This document shows positions 27,235 through 36,922 of a stretch of 64,000 nt of DNA, one piece after another. The DNA is taken from the IMG/VR virus record IMGVR_UViG_2974668079_000001, positions 1 through 64,000 of that record. One strand, 5' to 3'. The notes beneath the pieces were generated by a model that was not told the DNA's origin, made no database searches, and saw nothing but the letters and a program-made list of their open reading frames with translations. The DNA is from a virus (Duplodnaviria; Caudoviricetes). Within the stretch, counting starts at the first letter, position 1. The number at the start of each line of letters is the position of its first letter. The position numbers were made by a program, and so were the translations under genes.

Positions 27235-28062
27235 ATGGCATATCAAAAAGGTACTGCTAACAGTCATACAGACCTGTTAGTAAAACTCCACACGTTCGCT
27301 ACGGCGAACGGGTGGACATCACAGAAGAACGAGGAGTCCGGGGGCGAGCGAGAGATCGTTCTCAAGTCCACAGGTACAGGTGGAAACGATTCAATTGTAC
27401 TGGCGTTTCGAGCTAACACCCTACAAGCGTCTGATACATATAACATACGCTGTCGTGTGTCTGCTGCGTACGTTACGTCTGCGTTTGACAACATAACGGG
27501 TGCGTCGCCGGAGTCAGTACTATACGCGTGGAACGCAGATATGGAATACTACTTTATTGTTAGTAAAGAGCGGATCATGATTCTGTTTACAGTATCTGGC
27601 GTATCTCAGTACTACTACGGCGGTAACATGCAGGTGTACACGTCTCGTGGGCACTGGGTAAGTCCACTCTGCTGCTTCGGGGTAGGGACCAGCACTACAG
27701 CTCGCTGGTCTGAGCAGGGCAACGACTTCTCCGGGTGGCAGTACATCCGTGGTTCTAACCCCAACCACATATTGGGTGACACAGGCGCATGGACTAAACC
27801 AGATTACTTTTTCCCGAATATGGATACGGCTCTTACTAATAAGCTGCGTGCCTACGACAACGGGGACATCCCGCTCCTACCAATGTTCGTAAGGACAGCC
27901 GCTCGCGGCATAGTGGGGGAGCTCCACGGTGCCTTCGGATGTGGTGGGTTTGGTGTTTCTCACGGGCAGGAACTAGCACACTCATCTGGTAGACGTTTTG
28001 TAATCCTTCAGAACGTATACCGGGCGGGAACTACAGACTACATGGCAATGGAGCTAGCATAA
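27235..28062 (+). CDS. Virion structural protein (tail tip region)
   Basis: MAYQKGTANSHTDLLVKLHTFATANGWT start resembles siphophage tail-tip proteins; synteny. Confidence 0.65.
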   Translation: MAYQKGTANSHTDLLVKLHTFATANGWTSQKNEESGGEREIVLKSTGTGGNDSIVLAFRANTLQASDTYNIRCRVSAAYVTSAFDNITGASPESVLYAWNADMEYYFIVSKERIMILFTVSGVSQYYYGGNMQVYTSRGHWVSPLCCFGVGTSTTARWSEQGNDFSGWQYIRGSNPNHILGDTGAWTKPDYFFPNMDTALTNKLRAYDNGDIPLLPMFVRTAARGIVGELHGAFGCGGFGVSHGQELAHSSGRRFVILQNVYRAGTTDYMAMELA

Positions 28063-29054
28063 TGGGATACGAGAATGCTACTTACAACTCAAGGGTAGAG
28101 CTTGGGCAGAAGTTTGCCACCGCTATTACTAATCTGGGTGGGACTGTCAAGCGGCAGTACCAGAACACTATCAACGGAGAGCCCGCATACCAAGTTATTG
28201 TGCAGGTGGCGTCGGATGTGTTTATGCACTATGACTTCCGCTGGCACCGATGGTACTCGCGTAGAGGAACGTACCGCTATCGAGAGGGGATGTTTACTAA
28301 AATGGGAACTGCATACGTTGACGGAGCTGACACGGTCAGTGGGGAAGTCAGCAGCAACTTTGGTCCCGGTGGTGGCGGTCAGGTATCTACTAACTGGGAT
28401 CACATCCACCAGTACCTACCCATTCCCGGAAAGGTACATGTTGCGCGCAACAGCGCTACCGGGGAATTTGTACTCTGTATGGAGAATCCAGCCGACTCTA
28501 AATCAGTGCTGCATGGGGTAGGGCGTATCATAATGCAGGACACCACTTTCGGCCCCGTACCCCAGTGGTGGTTTGATGGTGAGTACCATTATCGAGATGC
28601 CAACTCAGTCGACGGTGTTTATTTCATGGAGAATACTGACGGGACTGGTCGTTCTGCTAGGTGGACGGGGCAACTACAGCAGCGCGATAGTGCTGGCACT
28701 GTAACCGGATATGAGGCGATGGGTGCCGCAGATAAAGCTTGGCAACGCCCTATGACCGGGTATCAGCCACTAGGTAGGTTAGGTCTGTACAGTGCAATTG
28801 TTGGGAACCTAAGCTTTGAACCGTCCTTAACAAGTATCTTCCTGCCCGCCCTGTGGTGTGGTGTCAAGGGGACGGATTACACGATCCGAGCACCTAGAGG
28901 TGATCGTCCTACGTTCAAGATTTGCAATATGCGCTACCTAGGTGTTGGGCAGGAGATTATCTACAACAACCAGTCGTACCGAGTGTTCCCGTGCTTAGGT
29001 AAGGGTGGTGAGAGCACTCCGGGGATCGCATTCTTAGTAGGAGCAGCATCGTGA
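28062..29054 (+). CDS. Virion structural protein (tail tip region)
   Basis: Synteny; beta-rich; C-terminus parallels that of the previous gene (GQEI..N...YRVFP). Confidence 0.6.
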   Translation: MGYENATYNSRVELGQKFATAITNLGGTVKRQYQNTINGEPAYQVIVQVASDVFMHYDFRWHRWYSRRGTYRYREGMFTKMGTAYVDGADTVSGEVSSNFGPGGGGQVSTNWDHIHQYLPIPGKVHVARNSATGEFVLCMENPADSKSVLHGVGRIIMQDTTFGPVPQWWFDGEYHYRDANSVDGVYFMENTDGTGRSARWTGQLQQRDSAGTVTGYEAMGAADKAWQRPMTGYQPLGRLGLYSAIVGNLSFEPSLTSIFLPALWCGVKGTDYTIRAPRGDRPTFKICNMRYLGVGQEIIYNNQSYRVFPCLGKGGESTPGIAFLVGAAS

Positions 29055-30724
29055 GTAATGCAGTACTTTTTAGTAATGCGTTCGGATACACACTGAAGGC
29101 AGATCCACCGCCTAAAGTTAATACGCCTGTTTATATGGCTCCCTCCTACCTTCGGGTAGGAGTTCCGAATGCACGAGGTCCTTGGCTAAAATCTAAGGCA
29201 GCGGTGGTGGGTGTTCCATACGGAGGCTTCTGGGAATCCTTTAAGAACTCCCTATTCATCCAGCCAAACAAGATAGATTTAGGGCTTGTACTTAGCCCTA
29301 GTACGCATTTCATCCGTGTTTGGAGTTCTCATGAGCAGTCGATCACTGCCCCTAACATCGTGGCTACAGGCAACGGAGGCATGGCGCTTACAGGGACCAC
29401 CTCGAATATCACGCTGGACGCATTCGGCGGATACAAGGACTATACGCTGAGCGTGTCTCTGTCTGTGGCGGGCGTAATTGACGCGAAGTATTCATGGAAC
29501 TTCCCCGGACTCCCTGAGTCTGTGAAATTACTAAACGTGATAGGACAGCGGATTGTCGTGTTTGGCATCCCACCACAAAAAAGAATGGTGGAGAAGCTTA
29601 GTTGGAAGACCGATGTTATACGTACCCTAGATGGTGCTGAGCAGCGCATACGTATTCGTGAGAATCCGATGTCTATCATCCGTTACAAGTCAGTCACAGG
29701 CTATTTGGATACGGCAGGCGCGGAGGCTTTGACCTATCGGTTAGGTCACGATGACGTGGCGATCCCACTATGGCATGAGGGCGTGCGTTATCCGGGGGTG
29801 TTAGCTGCTGGCGTCAGCCGGATTGACGTAAGCACTGAAGCTTCGTCCTTTGCGGTTGACGATCTAGTAATACTCTGGAAAGACTTTTTCACGTACGAGA
29901 CGGCTACAATTGCCACTGTAGCAGCCGACCATATAACCCTTAAGAAACCGCTTGTGGGTACTTGGGACCGACCACTGGTAGCCCCTCTAGCCTATGGTCT
30001 GATTGATAGTGTTACTTTTAGTAAATACAAGATCAACGTGTCTGAGAATAACGTGGAGTACACCCGAAACTCTACCGTGAGTATAGCTGGGTCTGCCACG
30101 TACCCACTCTACGATGGAATCCCAGTGTACGGTAAGTTGCTGTACATGAGCGGCAAGTCATCACCAGCTGCTTATACACCCTCGGTGGACTCACTGGATT
30201 ATGGCATTAAGCCTAGATCCCAGAAGAAGCGGTACGACTTCCCAGACGTAACACGAGACATATTAGTAAAAATGTACAGTCCGCTAGAGGTAATGAACTT
30301 CAAGAAGTTCTTGACCTACTTGGGCGGGAAGCAGAAGCCATTCTGGTACGTCAGCGATTGGTGGGATTTCAACCCAGTGGGTAACACGCCTACCACTGAG
30401 ACCGTGATACGCATACAGGACATGGGATTCCTAGAGTACTACGCAGGTGCGGTTAACCGTAAGTGGCTAGCCATTAAGCCGAAGGGTGGTGCTTGGGTGT
30501 ACCGTCAGGTATCCTCAGTTGCGAAAGGCGCGGACATTCCGGGCGAGCCTAAGAACGAAGCTATCACAATAGACACAGCCTTACCCTTTACTTTTAGTAA
30601 AGACACGGTTGAGAAGATTAGCTTGATGGTCCCAGTTCGACTCCAGCAAGATGAGGTTACTTTCAATTGGGATGGTATGGAGCATATAACAGCCAGCCTT
30701 CGGGTTGTGGAGGTTACTAAATAA
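29051..30724 (+). CDS. Distal-tail-like protein with N-terminal Ig-like domain
   Basis: EKLSWKTDVIRTLDGAEQRIRIRENP motif; FLTYLGGKQKPFW. Confidence 0.7.
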   Translation: MSNAVLFSNAFGYTLKADPPPKVNTPVYMAPSYLRVGVPNARGPWLKSKAAVVGVPYGGFWESFKNSLFIQPNKIDLGLVLSPSTHFIRVWSSHEQSITAPNIVATGNGGMALTGTTSNITLDAFGGYKDYTLSVSLSVAGVIDAKYSWNFPGLPESVKLLNVIGQRIVVFGIPPQKRMVEKLSWKTDVIRTLDGAEQRIRIRENPMSIIRYKSVTGYLDTAGAEALTYRLGHDDVAIPLWHEGVRYPGVLAAGVSRIDVSTEASSFAVDDLVILWKDFFTYETATIATVAADHITLKKPLVGTWDRPLVAPLAYGLIDSVTFSKYKINVSENNVEYTRNSTVSIAGSATYPLYDGIPVYGKLLYMSGKSSPAAYTPSVDSLDYGIKPRSQKKRYDFPDVTRDILVKMYSPLEVMNFKKFLTYLGGKQKPFWYVSDWWDFNPVGNTPTTETVIRIQDMGFLEYYAGAVNRKWLAIKPKGGAWVYRQVSSVAKGADIPGEPKNEAITIDTALPFTFSKDTVEKISLMVPVRLQQDEVTFNWDGMEHITASLRVVEVTK

Positions 30725-31530
30725 TGAGCTACACAGATAAAGAGGATAGCTTGTACGACGGTAGACCAGTAACGGTCTACCACTTCAACTATGGCAACGA
30801 GGACTACTGGTACACATCTTCCGACGAGGACATACTGTCCCCCGGCGGTACGGCTACCAGCATCCATATTAAGCACGGGACTATGAAAGAGACTACAGAG
30901 GATAAGAGATCCACTGTTAAGATTGAGATAGATGCCAACGTACCTCTTTCTAAAGCTCTTCGCATAAATCCGGCGGACTCGGTTTGCCGCGTGAACATCC
31001 TACGCGGGCATCGAAATGACACTGATAGACAGTGGGTGTACTACTGGCGTGGTACGGTATCCGTCGTGGGGAGAGAGGAAGCCTCTCAGTTAAGTTTAGA
31101 GTGTACGCACATGCTAGCTACTCTGGCGTCAGGTGGTCTACGGTCTCGGTTTAGCTACACGTGCCCGCACGCCCTGTACGGACCGAGTTGTAGGGCTACA
31201 CGCTCAGCGGACAAACTGAGGACAGCAACTGTTACTGCGATCTCCGGCGCTAAGGTATCACTGTCTGGGTGGAGTACTACGACTTGGTGGAATGGTGGGC
31301 AGATGACCTTCGTGAATAACAAGTACCGTCGGTATATAATGTCCTCCGATGCTACGGGGATACTGCTGGACGCAGTACCTATCGGTCTTGCCGTGGGTAT
31401 GGAAGTGTCGTTAGTAGCCGGGTGTGACCGGACTAAGGCAACGTGCCAGTCCAAGTTCAATAACCTAGCCAACTATGGCGGCTACTTAGCAGTGCCCACT
31501 AAAAACCCGTTCCAAGACGGAATTGCTTAA
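30724..31530 (+). CDS. Tail assembly protein, DUF2163/BR0599 family
   Basis: FSYTCPHALYGPSC and LVAGCDRTKATCQSKFNNLANYGG (four conserved Cys). Confidence 0.9.
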   Translation: MSYTDKEDSLYDGRPVTVYHFNYGNEDYWYTSSDEDILSPGGTATSIHIKHGTMKETTEDKRSTVKIEIDANVPLSKALRINPADSVCRVNILRGHRNDTDRQWVYYWRGTVSVVGREEASQLSLECTHMLATLASGGLRSRFSYTCPHALYGPSCRATRSADKLRTATVTAISGAKVSLSGWSTTTWWNGGQMTFVNNKYRRYIMSSDATGILLDAVPIGLAVGMEVSLVAGCDRTKATCQSKFNNLANYGGYLAVPTKNPFQDGIA

Positions 31531-31550
31531 TATTAGTAAAAGGAGTAATT

Positions 31551-31793
31551 ATGGCTGTTCAGCTACTCTGGTACGCAGTAATACTTATCGTATCAGTGAT
31601 CGTGTCTGTAGCCTTAGCGCCGAAGCCTCCGAAGCCTGACTCCCCTCAGACTAAGGATATTAACGCGCCTACAGCTTCAGAGAATGAGTTTATCCCGGTA
31701 GCCTTCGGCACCACGTGGCTGCAAAAGCCAAACGTATGCTGGTACGGTAATACGGGCACCGATGAGATTCGTAAGAGTGGAGGTAAGAAGTAA
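31551..31793 (+). CDS. Small tail assembly protein
   Basis: PTASENEFIPVAFGT...NVCWYG motif. Confidence 0.8.
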   Translation: MAVQLLWYAVILIVSVIVSVALAPKPPKPDSPQTKDINAPTASENEFIPVAFGTTWLQKPNVCWYGNTGTDEIRKSGGKK

Positions 31794-32038
31794 TGTCCGA
31801 TAGGGTGGAACTACTCCCCGGCGAAGAGGACTTTAGACTTTACATATCGGACTTCGATCAGGAGTCCGTTAAGCAGTTCAATTGCCATAGCGGGATGCGT
31901 GCCAAAGGCAAAGCCTACGGCTTAGATTGGTGGGATTTTCTTACTAATGGAATTATGTTCTCAGAGCTGGCAGCTCTTGAGGATGGTCAGATTAACCGAT
32001 GCTTAGTGGAGATTTTAAATGGGCGGAGGCGGAAGTAA
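31793..32038 (+). CDS. Small tail-associated protein
   Basis: CHSGMRA...GLDWWDFLTNGI motif. Confidence 0.75.
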   Translation: MSDRVELLPGEEDFRLYISDFDQESVKQFNCHSGMRAKGKAYGLDWWDFLTNGIMFSELAALEDGQINRCLVEILNGRRRK

Positions 32039-34574
32039 GAGCCAAGTCGTCGGGTACAAGTACTGGGGTGCTATGCAGCTGGTACTTTGCCACCGAGGGC
32101 TTGAGTCGATTGATAGAATACGCGTAGGCGACAAGGTGGTATCCAGCGAGGTGATCACCCAGTCCAACTGCCTAAAGTACATCGACAAGTGGAACACGTT
32201 CGGAGGGGATAAGCGTGAGGGTGGTCCTGTGGGATTCGCCCGGTTCTTCTTCGGCAGTGACGACCAGCCAGTGAGCTCGTTGACTGAGAGTATGTATCAG
32301 AGCGGTACTGCTTTCCGTGGTGTGGTCAGCGTCTCCCTACCGAAGATGTACTTCTCAGCAAACAACCCGTACATCAAGCCTTGGTCGTTTCGGGTGAGGT
32401 CTTACCCTGACACTCCGGGGTTAGCTCGTACGCACGTCAAGATCGATGCTGGTAACGGTATCGTGAATATGAACCCAGCACACATTATATACGCCTGTTT
32501 AGTAAGTCGTAGTGACCGCTGGGGTCTAGGTCTCGACTACACGAAGGACATCGACGTTCCTTCATTTGCTTCGGCTGCTTCGGCGCTCTATGCAGAGAAG
32601 TTCGGTATCGGTATAGCGTGGGAGAACAACTCCGGCGTTGATGACTTCATCAAAGAGATTCTACGCCACATAGACGGGGCTATATACGTTGACCAAGTGT
32701 CCGGCAAGCTTAAGCTAAAGTTGTTCCGTGGTGACTACACTGTTAGTGATTTACCAGTTCTTGATAAGACTGTAGTAAAAGACCTTGAGAAGTTTGAGTA
32801 CCCCCAGTGGGGTAACATCACCACTCAGGTAACTGTGAGTTACGTGGATGCTGTAGAGGGTAAGGAGAAGCCTGTTACCGTGCATAACATGGCTGCTCGT
32901 GATGTGCAGGGTAGGGACGTTCCAGTGGAGATAGACTTCCCCGGAATTAACACACGCTGGCTAGCTTCTCGCGTTGCTTCCCGCGAACTTAACCAACTGT
33001 CACGTCGTTTAGTAAACGGTGTTCTGATCTGCAACCGCAAAGCCTCTAAGCACAATATTGGCGATGTGGTTCTCGTGGATCTACCTGACCGCGAGTTGGA
33101 TAAGCGTATCATGCGTGTCGTGGAGAAGAGCTACGGATCGGAGCTTAAGGAAGAGATCCGCCTTACGGTGATCGAAGATACCTTTAAGACTGTGGACCCG
33201 TTAGTAATCGACACTGGCGACTCTGACTGGACAAGCCCAGATAGTCCACCACAGCCCGTCGATTATCAGAAGCTAGTTGAGGCTACGTACTGGGAGGTGT
33301 CTACCTTCATCGGTGACACGCCTATCGACTGGAACACGCTGGGTGACAGCTACGGGTTTATCCGGGATTTGGCAGTCAGTGATGTAGGCTTCGGATACGA
33401 CATCTACGCAACCACTGGAGGGGCTAGTGGCACTTACACAGATGTTGCCGACGGTCAGTTTACTAACCGAGCGCAGCTGGACGGCGCTTTGGGTATGCCT
33501 ACCGGGGCGGACTCTACTGTTAAGATCAAGGGTGTGCAAGACTATAGCTTAGTAATGCTCAACTCGCCTGTCCTAATAGGTGGGGAGCTGTGCTGGCTTA
33601 AGAGTGTAGACGTAGCGGCGAGTACGATTACTGCGACACGCGGTATTGTAGACACGGTGCCAACAACACACAGTGACGGTACTGAGGTTTGGTTCTACCG
33701 AGACACACGCACCTCGTTCGATGACACTAAGTACACTATCGGTCAGACGGTACACCATAAGCTGCTTACTAAGACTCCTAATGGGATTCTCCCAGAAAAC
33801 CAAGCGTCGGCAATAAGCTTTACGATCACCGGACGTGCCCATAGACCTTACCCGCCAGCACGACTACGCATCAACAACACGTACCTAGGGACGTCCTCTG
33901 GTCGTAATATGCGTATCGAGTGGGCACACCGAAACCGCTTAATGCAATCCGATAAGGTGCCTATGCCACAAACGTCGTCAAGTATCGCCGTAGAGCCGGG
34001 GACTAAGTACGAGCTGAAAGTGGTGGGGGCTTCTAGTGGAAACGTAGTCCTTGACAAGACTGGTATCGAGGGGACTCTGGAGACGTTGGACCAGAACGAC
34101 CACTTGTACAAACTCAACCGTGCAGATAGCAGTGTTCGGATCGAGTTGCAGTCGAGAAGACCACATGGCAACACCACCCTGACGTCGTTTACTAAATGGA
34201 ACCACACCGTAGCTTGGGCTGCTCCTGAGACTGAGACTGTCACGCCAGCTGGCGGCGCTCCGTACACACTAGGAGACCGAGTAAATGACATTATGATGCA
34301 GTATCGCGACTCGTTTGTAGAGTACAAGTTTGACATCTCAGCGGATAGAGCCGCGAATAATGCTCTTGAGGTCGAGGTCCGCAAGCTAAACATGCAGGGG
34401 GAGATGATCCAAGTAGAAGTATTCCGTGACAATAGCCGTGTGCATAACAGTACGAAGCAGGTTGGTAGTATCTGGCGTGTGAGCTCTCTTGCAGAAGGAG
34501 CATACCGGATCAAGCTGAGTAACAGGTCTACTGTGACGAATGTCAACATGCTGGCGAGGATTGTACCAGCGTAA
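32019..34574 (+). CDS. Central tail hub / host-specificity protein (Phage-tail_3-like)
   Basis: MGGGGSK...YWGAMQLVLCH...AFRGVVS...NPAHIIY...RHIDGAIY; divergent C-terminal ~130 aa. Confidence 0.9.
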   Translation: MGGGGSKSQVVGYKYWGAMQLVLCHRGLESIDRIRVGDKVVSSEVITQSNCLKYIDKWNTFGGDKREGGPVGFARFFFGSDDQPVSSLTESMYQSGTAFRGVVSVSLPKMYFSANNPYIKPWSFRVRSYPDTPGLARTHVKIDAGNGIVNMNPAHIIYACLVSRSDRWGLGLDYTKDIDVPSFASAASALYAEKFGIGIAWENNSGVDDFIKEILRHIDGAIYVDQVSGKLKLKLFRGDYTVSDLPVLDKTVVKDLEKFEYPQWGNITTQVTVSYVDAVEGKEKPVTVHNMAARDVQGRDVPVEIDFPGINTRWLASRVASRELNQLSRRLVNGVLICNRKASKHNIGDVVLVDLPDRELDKRIMRVVEKSYGSELKEEIRLTVIEDTFKTVDPLVIDTGDSDWTSPDSPPQPVDYQKLVEATYWEVSTFIGDTPIDWNTLGDSYGFIRDLAVSDVGFGYDIYATTGGASGTYTDVADGQFTNRAQLDGALGMPTGADSTVKIKGVQDYSLVMLNSPVLIGGELCWLKSVDVAASTITATRGIVDTVPTTHSDGTEVWFYRDTRTSFDDTKYTIGQTVHHKLLTKTPNGILPENQASAISFTITGRAHRPYPPARLRINNTYLGTSSGRNMRIEWAHRNRLMQSDKVPMPQTSSSIAVEPGTKYELKVVGASSGNVVLDKTGIEGTLETLDQNDHLYKLNRADSSVRIELQSRRPHGNTTLTSFTKWNHTVAWAAPETETVTPAGGAPYTLGDRVNDIMMQYRDSFVEYKFDISADRAANNALEVEVRKLNMQGEMIQVEVFRDNSRVHNSTKQVGSIWRVSSLAEGAYRIKLSNRSTVTNVNMLARIVPA

Positions 34575-34581
34575 AACTAAT

Positions 34582-34609
34582 GCTCACGTACTAGGCGCGT
34601 GAGCCTTTT
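34582..34609 (+). terminator. Rho-independent terminator
   Basis: GCTCACG...CGTGAGC-CTTTT. Confidence 0.65.
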
Positions 34610-34632
34610 CTGCAACTAATTGAGGTGATACT

Positions 34633-35055
34633 ATGAACGCCGCTGTTAATAGTAAGGGTCGGGATGACCCGAACGTGGTTAAAATGTGTCCGAAAGGGCA
34701 GGGTACGAAGGGGGACGGCGATGTGCCAAACGACACCAGTAAGCACATAGCTGCGGTACTCGTCCTGATAGTTGCCGGGGCGATCACATGGGCTGGCTTC
34801 CAGCTTAGTAATAACAACGCAGCACTTATGGCTCAGGCGGCAGTCTCGCAAAGCCAGAATGACCTTTTAAAGCAACTAAGTTCCGATGTCAGGATCATCC
34901 AATCTGGATTAGCGCAGCAAAACGGGGATCTGGGCGTTCTACGAGCAGACCTCAACAACACGATGAGACGAGTTACCGGAGTGGAGGACCGACAGCAGCT
35001 CCTCGACAAGCAGGTACTACAAGCTCTTATCAATGGCAAACAAGCAAAGGGGTAA
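34633..35055 (+). CDS. Single-TM coiled-coil protein of the lysis module
   Basis: One hydrophobic helix then coiled coil; upstream of holin. Confidence 0.65.
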   Translation: MNAAVNSKGRDDPNVVKMCPKGQGTKGDGDVPNDTSKHIAAVLVLIVAGAITWAGFQLSNNNAALMAQAAVSQSQNDLLKQLSSDVRIIQSGLAQQNGDLGVLRADLNNTMRRVTGVEDRQQLLDKQVLQALINGKQAKG

Positions 35056-35347
35056 AATCAATATGACTAAGATGCGCGAGTTTATCTTGCTCGCGCTATC
35101 CGTCGTGATAGCGTTAGCCGTAGTAGTGGGAATGGCAGACCCAATGGTATTCGGTTTACTATTAGTAAAAACTGCCAAGGCGGTAGTGGCACTGGTCGCG
35201 GTTCGAGTCGCAGTCCACTACTTGGATAAGGTAATCGGAGTCAACTTCCGAGAGCATGTGCGGGGGTGGGATGGTCAAGCAATGGCTATTTACATGGGTG
35301 CTCGCTTTATTGGTGCTGCCGTTCTCTTCGGCTGCATCTTTAGTTAG
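35033..35347 (+). CDS. Putative holin
   Basis: ~100 aa, three hydrophobic segments, next to the endolysin; start may be 35063. Confidence 0.65.
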   Translation: MANKQRGKINMTKMREFILLALSVVIALAVVVGMADPMVFGLLLVKTAKAVVALVAVRVAVHYLDKVIGVNFREHVRGWDGQAMAIYMGARFIGAAVLFGCIFS

Positions 35348-35861
35348 CAACACCCAGTACGACAAGTACATCTACAAGGCATGGGAAGAGTACGTACCAG
35401 AGACACAATGCTGGTTATGGCTGAAGGCGCAATACTACCAAGAGAGTTTGCTGGACCCGGAAGCTACTAGCCATGTGGGAGCGATGGGATTAGCTCAGAT
35501 CATGCCGGGAACGTGGATAGATGTTAGTAAGAAACTTAAGTTCAATCCGAGAGCATCACCGTACGACCCGAAGCTCTCTATCGAAGCCGGAGCGTTCTAC
35601 TTACGCTACCAGTGGTCACAGTGGAGAGCCAAGCGGACCTTTGAGGATAGAATCAGTTTAGCCTTTGCCGGATACAACGCTGGCTTAGGCAACATACTAA
35701 AAGCACAGCGCCTGTCAGGGGGTCGGGCAGACTGGAAGTCGATTAGTTACTTTCTACCGGAGGTCACGGGAGAGAACAGCAAAGAGACTATCCAATACGT
35801 TGAGCGTATCTTTCGCTGGAAAAAGCAACTGGACGAACGCCGAAGTTGTGCAGTTTACTAA
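35271..35861 (+). CDS. Endolysin, soluble lytic transglycosylase (SLT) family, with N-terminal signal peptide
   Basis: AQYYQES...GAMGLAQIMPGTW...AGYNAG...ETIQYV motifs; N-terminus MVKQWLFTWVLALLVLPFSSAA. Confidence 0.9.
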   Translation: MVKQWLFTWVLALLVLPFSSAASLVSNTQYDKYIYKAWEEYVPETQCWLWLKAQYYQESLLDPEATSHVGAMGLAQIMPGTWIDVSKKLKFNPRASPYDPKLSIEAGAFYLRYQWSQWRAKRTFEDRISLAFAGYNAGLGNILKAQRLSGGRADWKSISYFLPEVTGENSKETIQYVERIFRWKKQLDERRSCAVY

Positions 35862-35870
35862 AATGATAAT

Positions 35871-35896
35871 GGGGAGCTTCGGCTCCCCTTGTTTTT
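35871..35896 (+). terminator. Rho-independent terminator
   Basis: GGGGAGC-TTCG-GCTCCCC plus T-rich tail. Confidence 0.75.
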
Positions 35897-35916
35897 ACTA
35901 AGAGGGAATTACTAAA

Positions 35917-36408
35917 ATGTTTATTCGTTTACTAAGCATGGGCGGTACATTACTAAAAGGACTATCTGCGTTCTGGAACCGATACAAATTACTAATTGTT
36001 ATCACCCTCGTCGCAGGAGCTCTCTACCGCGCCTATTCCATCGGATATGACCTAGGGTCTACCTACGAGCGTAACAAGGCTGTGGTAGCCGTTCTGGAAG
36101 CCACAACCAAGGCTCGCACGGAGGAGTTCCAGTACTATAAGAAGCAACTGCGACTTATGACCGAAAAACACAACAAAGAGCTAACACTGGAGAGAGAAAA
36201 TGCTCGGATACAAGCAACCATCGACAACAAGCAACTTACTAAACAACCAGCCTGCAAAATTAGTAAAGACGATGATGCTAAGCCTGTTCTTACTAATGGG
36301 TACGTCGAGCTGTACAACGACGCAGTTCGAGCCGCAAATCGAGCCACCCAAGAAGGAGATACCGGAGGAATTACTAAAACGATGCCCACCGCTGAAAACG
36401 GTGGATAG
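35917..36408 (+). CDS. i-spanin (Rz-like)
   Basis: N-terminal TM plus coiled coil, after the endolysin. Confidence 0.8.
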   Translation: MFIRLLSMGGTLLKGLSAFWNRYKLLIVITLVAGALYRAYSIGYDLGSTYERNKAVVAVLEATTKARTEEFQYYKKQLRLMTEKHNKELTLERENARIQATIDNKQLTKQPACKISKDDDAKPVLTNGYVELYNDAVRAANRATQEGDTGGITKTMPTAENGG

Positions 36409-36532
36409 TAACGACCCGTGGGTTTTACTAAAAGTAGCCACGGAGAATATAGGAACAGCAGCAGTCTGTATCCTTAACTACCACACCCTCCAAGACACTG
36501 TATCCGACAGTGGCGAAAAAGACAGCAACTAA
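36272..36532 (+). CDS. o-spanin (Rz1-like lipoprotein), overlapping the i-spanin
   Basis: MMLSLFLLMGTSS-C lipobox, Pro-rich, IPEELLKRCPPL. Confidence 0.8.
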   Translation: MMLSLFLLMGTSSCTTTQFEPQIEPPKKEIPEELLKRCPPLKTVDSNDPWVLLKVATENIGTAAVCILNYHTLQDTVSDSGEKDSN

Positions 36533-36538
36533 AAACTA

Positions 36539-36572
36539 TTGACAGCCATACTACAGTTCGTGTAGTATGGCT
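36539..36572 (+). promoter_or_regulatory. Promoter of the replication module containing a perfect 12-bp palindrome
   Basis: TTGACA-18 bp-TAGTAT; AGCCATACTACA-GTTCG-TGTAGTATGGCT. Confidence 0.75.
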
Positions 36573-36602
36573 TCCGAACCATATCCAACTGGAGATAACA
36601 TA

Positions 36603-36920
36603 ATGCTTATAAAACCTGAGACGCTATCAGTTCGCCTAGACGTAACCCGCGTCCTATCACCCCGCTGCGCTATCCTGCTGGCGATAATACAGCACACGTA
36701 CGACCACAGCTGTGCGTCCCACAATGACTGTCGGATGCACGAAGGCAAGCGTTGGGTACGAATCAGTAACTCTGAGTTCCGAGAGCTAACAAGCTTTAGT
36801 CCAACCACGATTACTAAAAGTATCCAATCCCTAGTGTCGTTCAGTATGATCGAGACTAAGACTCTTACTAAAGATAAAGGTGATGTGGCTAACTGGTTCA
36901 CAGTCAACAAGGAGGAGTAG
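36603..36920 (+). CDS. Small winged-helix protein paralogous to the initiator N-terminus
   Basis: Pattern (AILL..I...C...GKRWVRISNSEFRELTSFSPTTITKSIQSLV...I) parallels the N-terminus of the next gene; GGAG RBS before ATG 36603. Confidence 0.7.
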   Translation: MLIKPETLSVRLDVTRVLSPRCAILLAIIQHTYDHSCASHNDCRMHEGKRWVRISNSEFRELTSFSPTTITKSIQSLVSFSMIETKTLTKDKGDVANWFTVNKEE

Positions 36921-36922
36921 TC

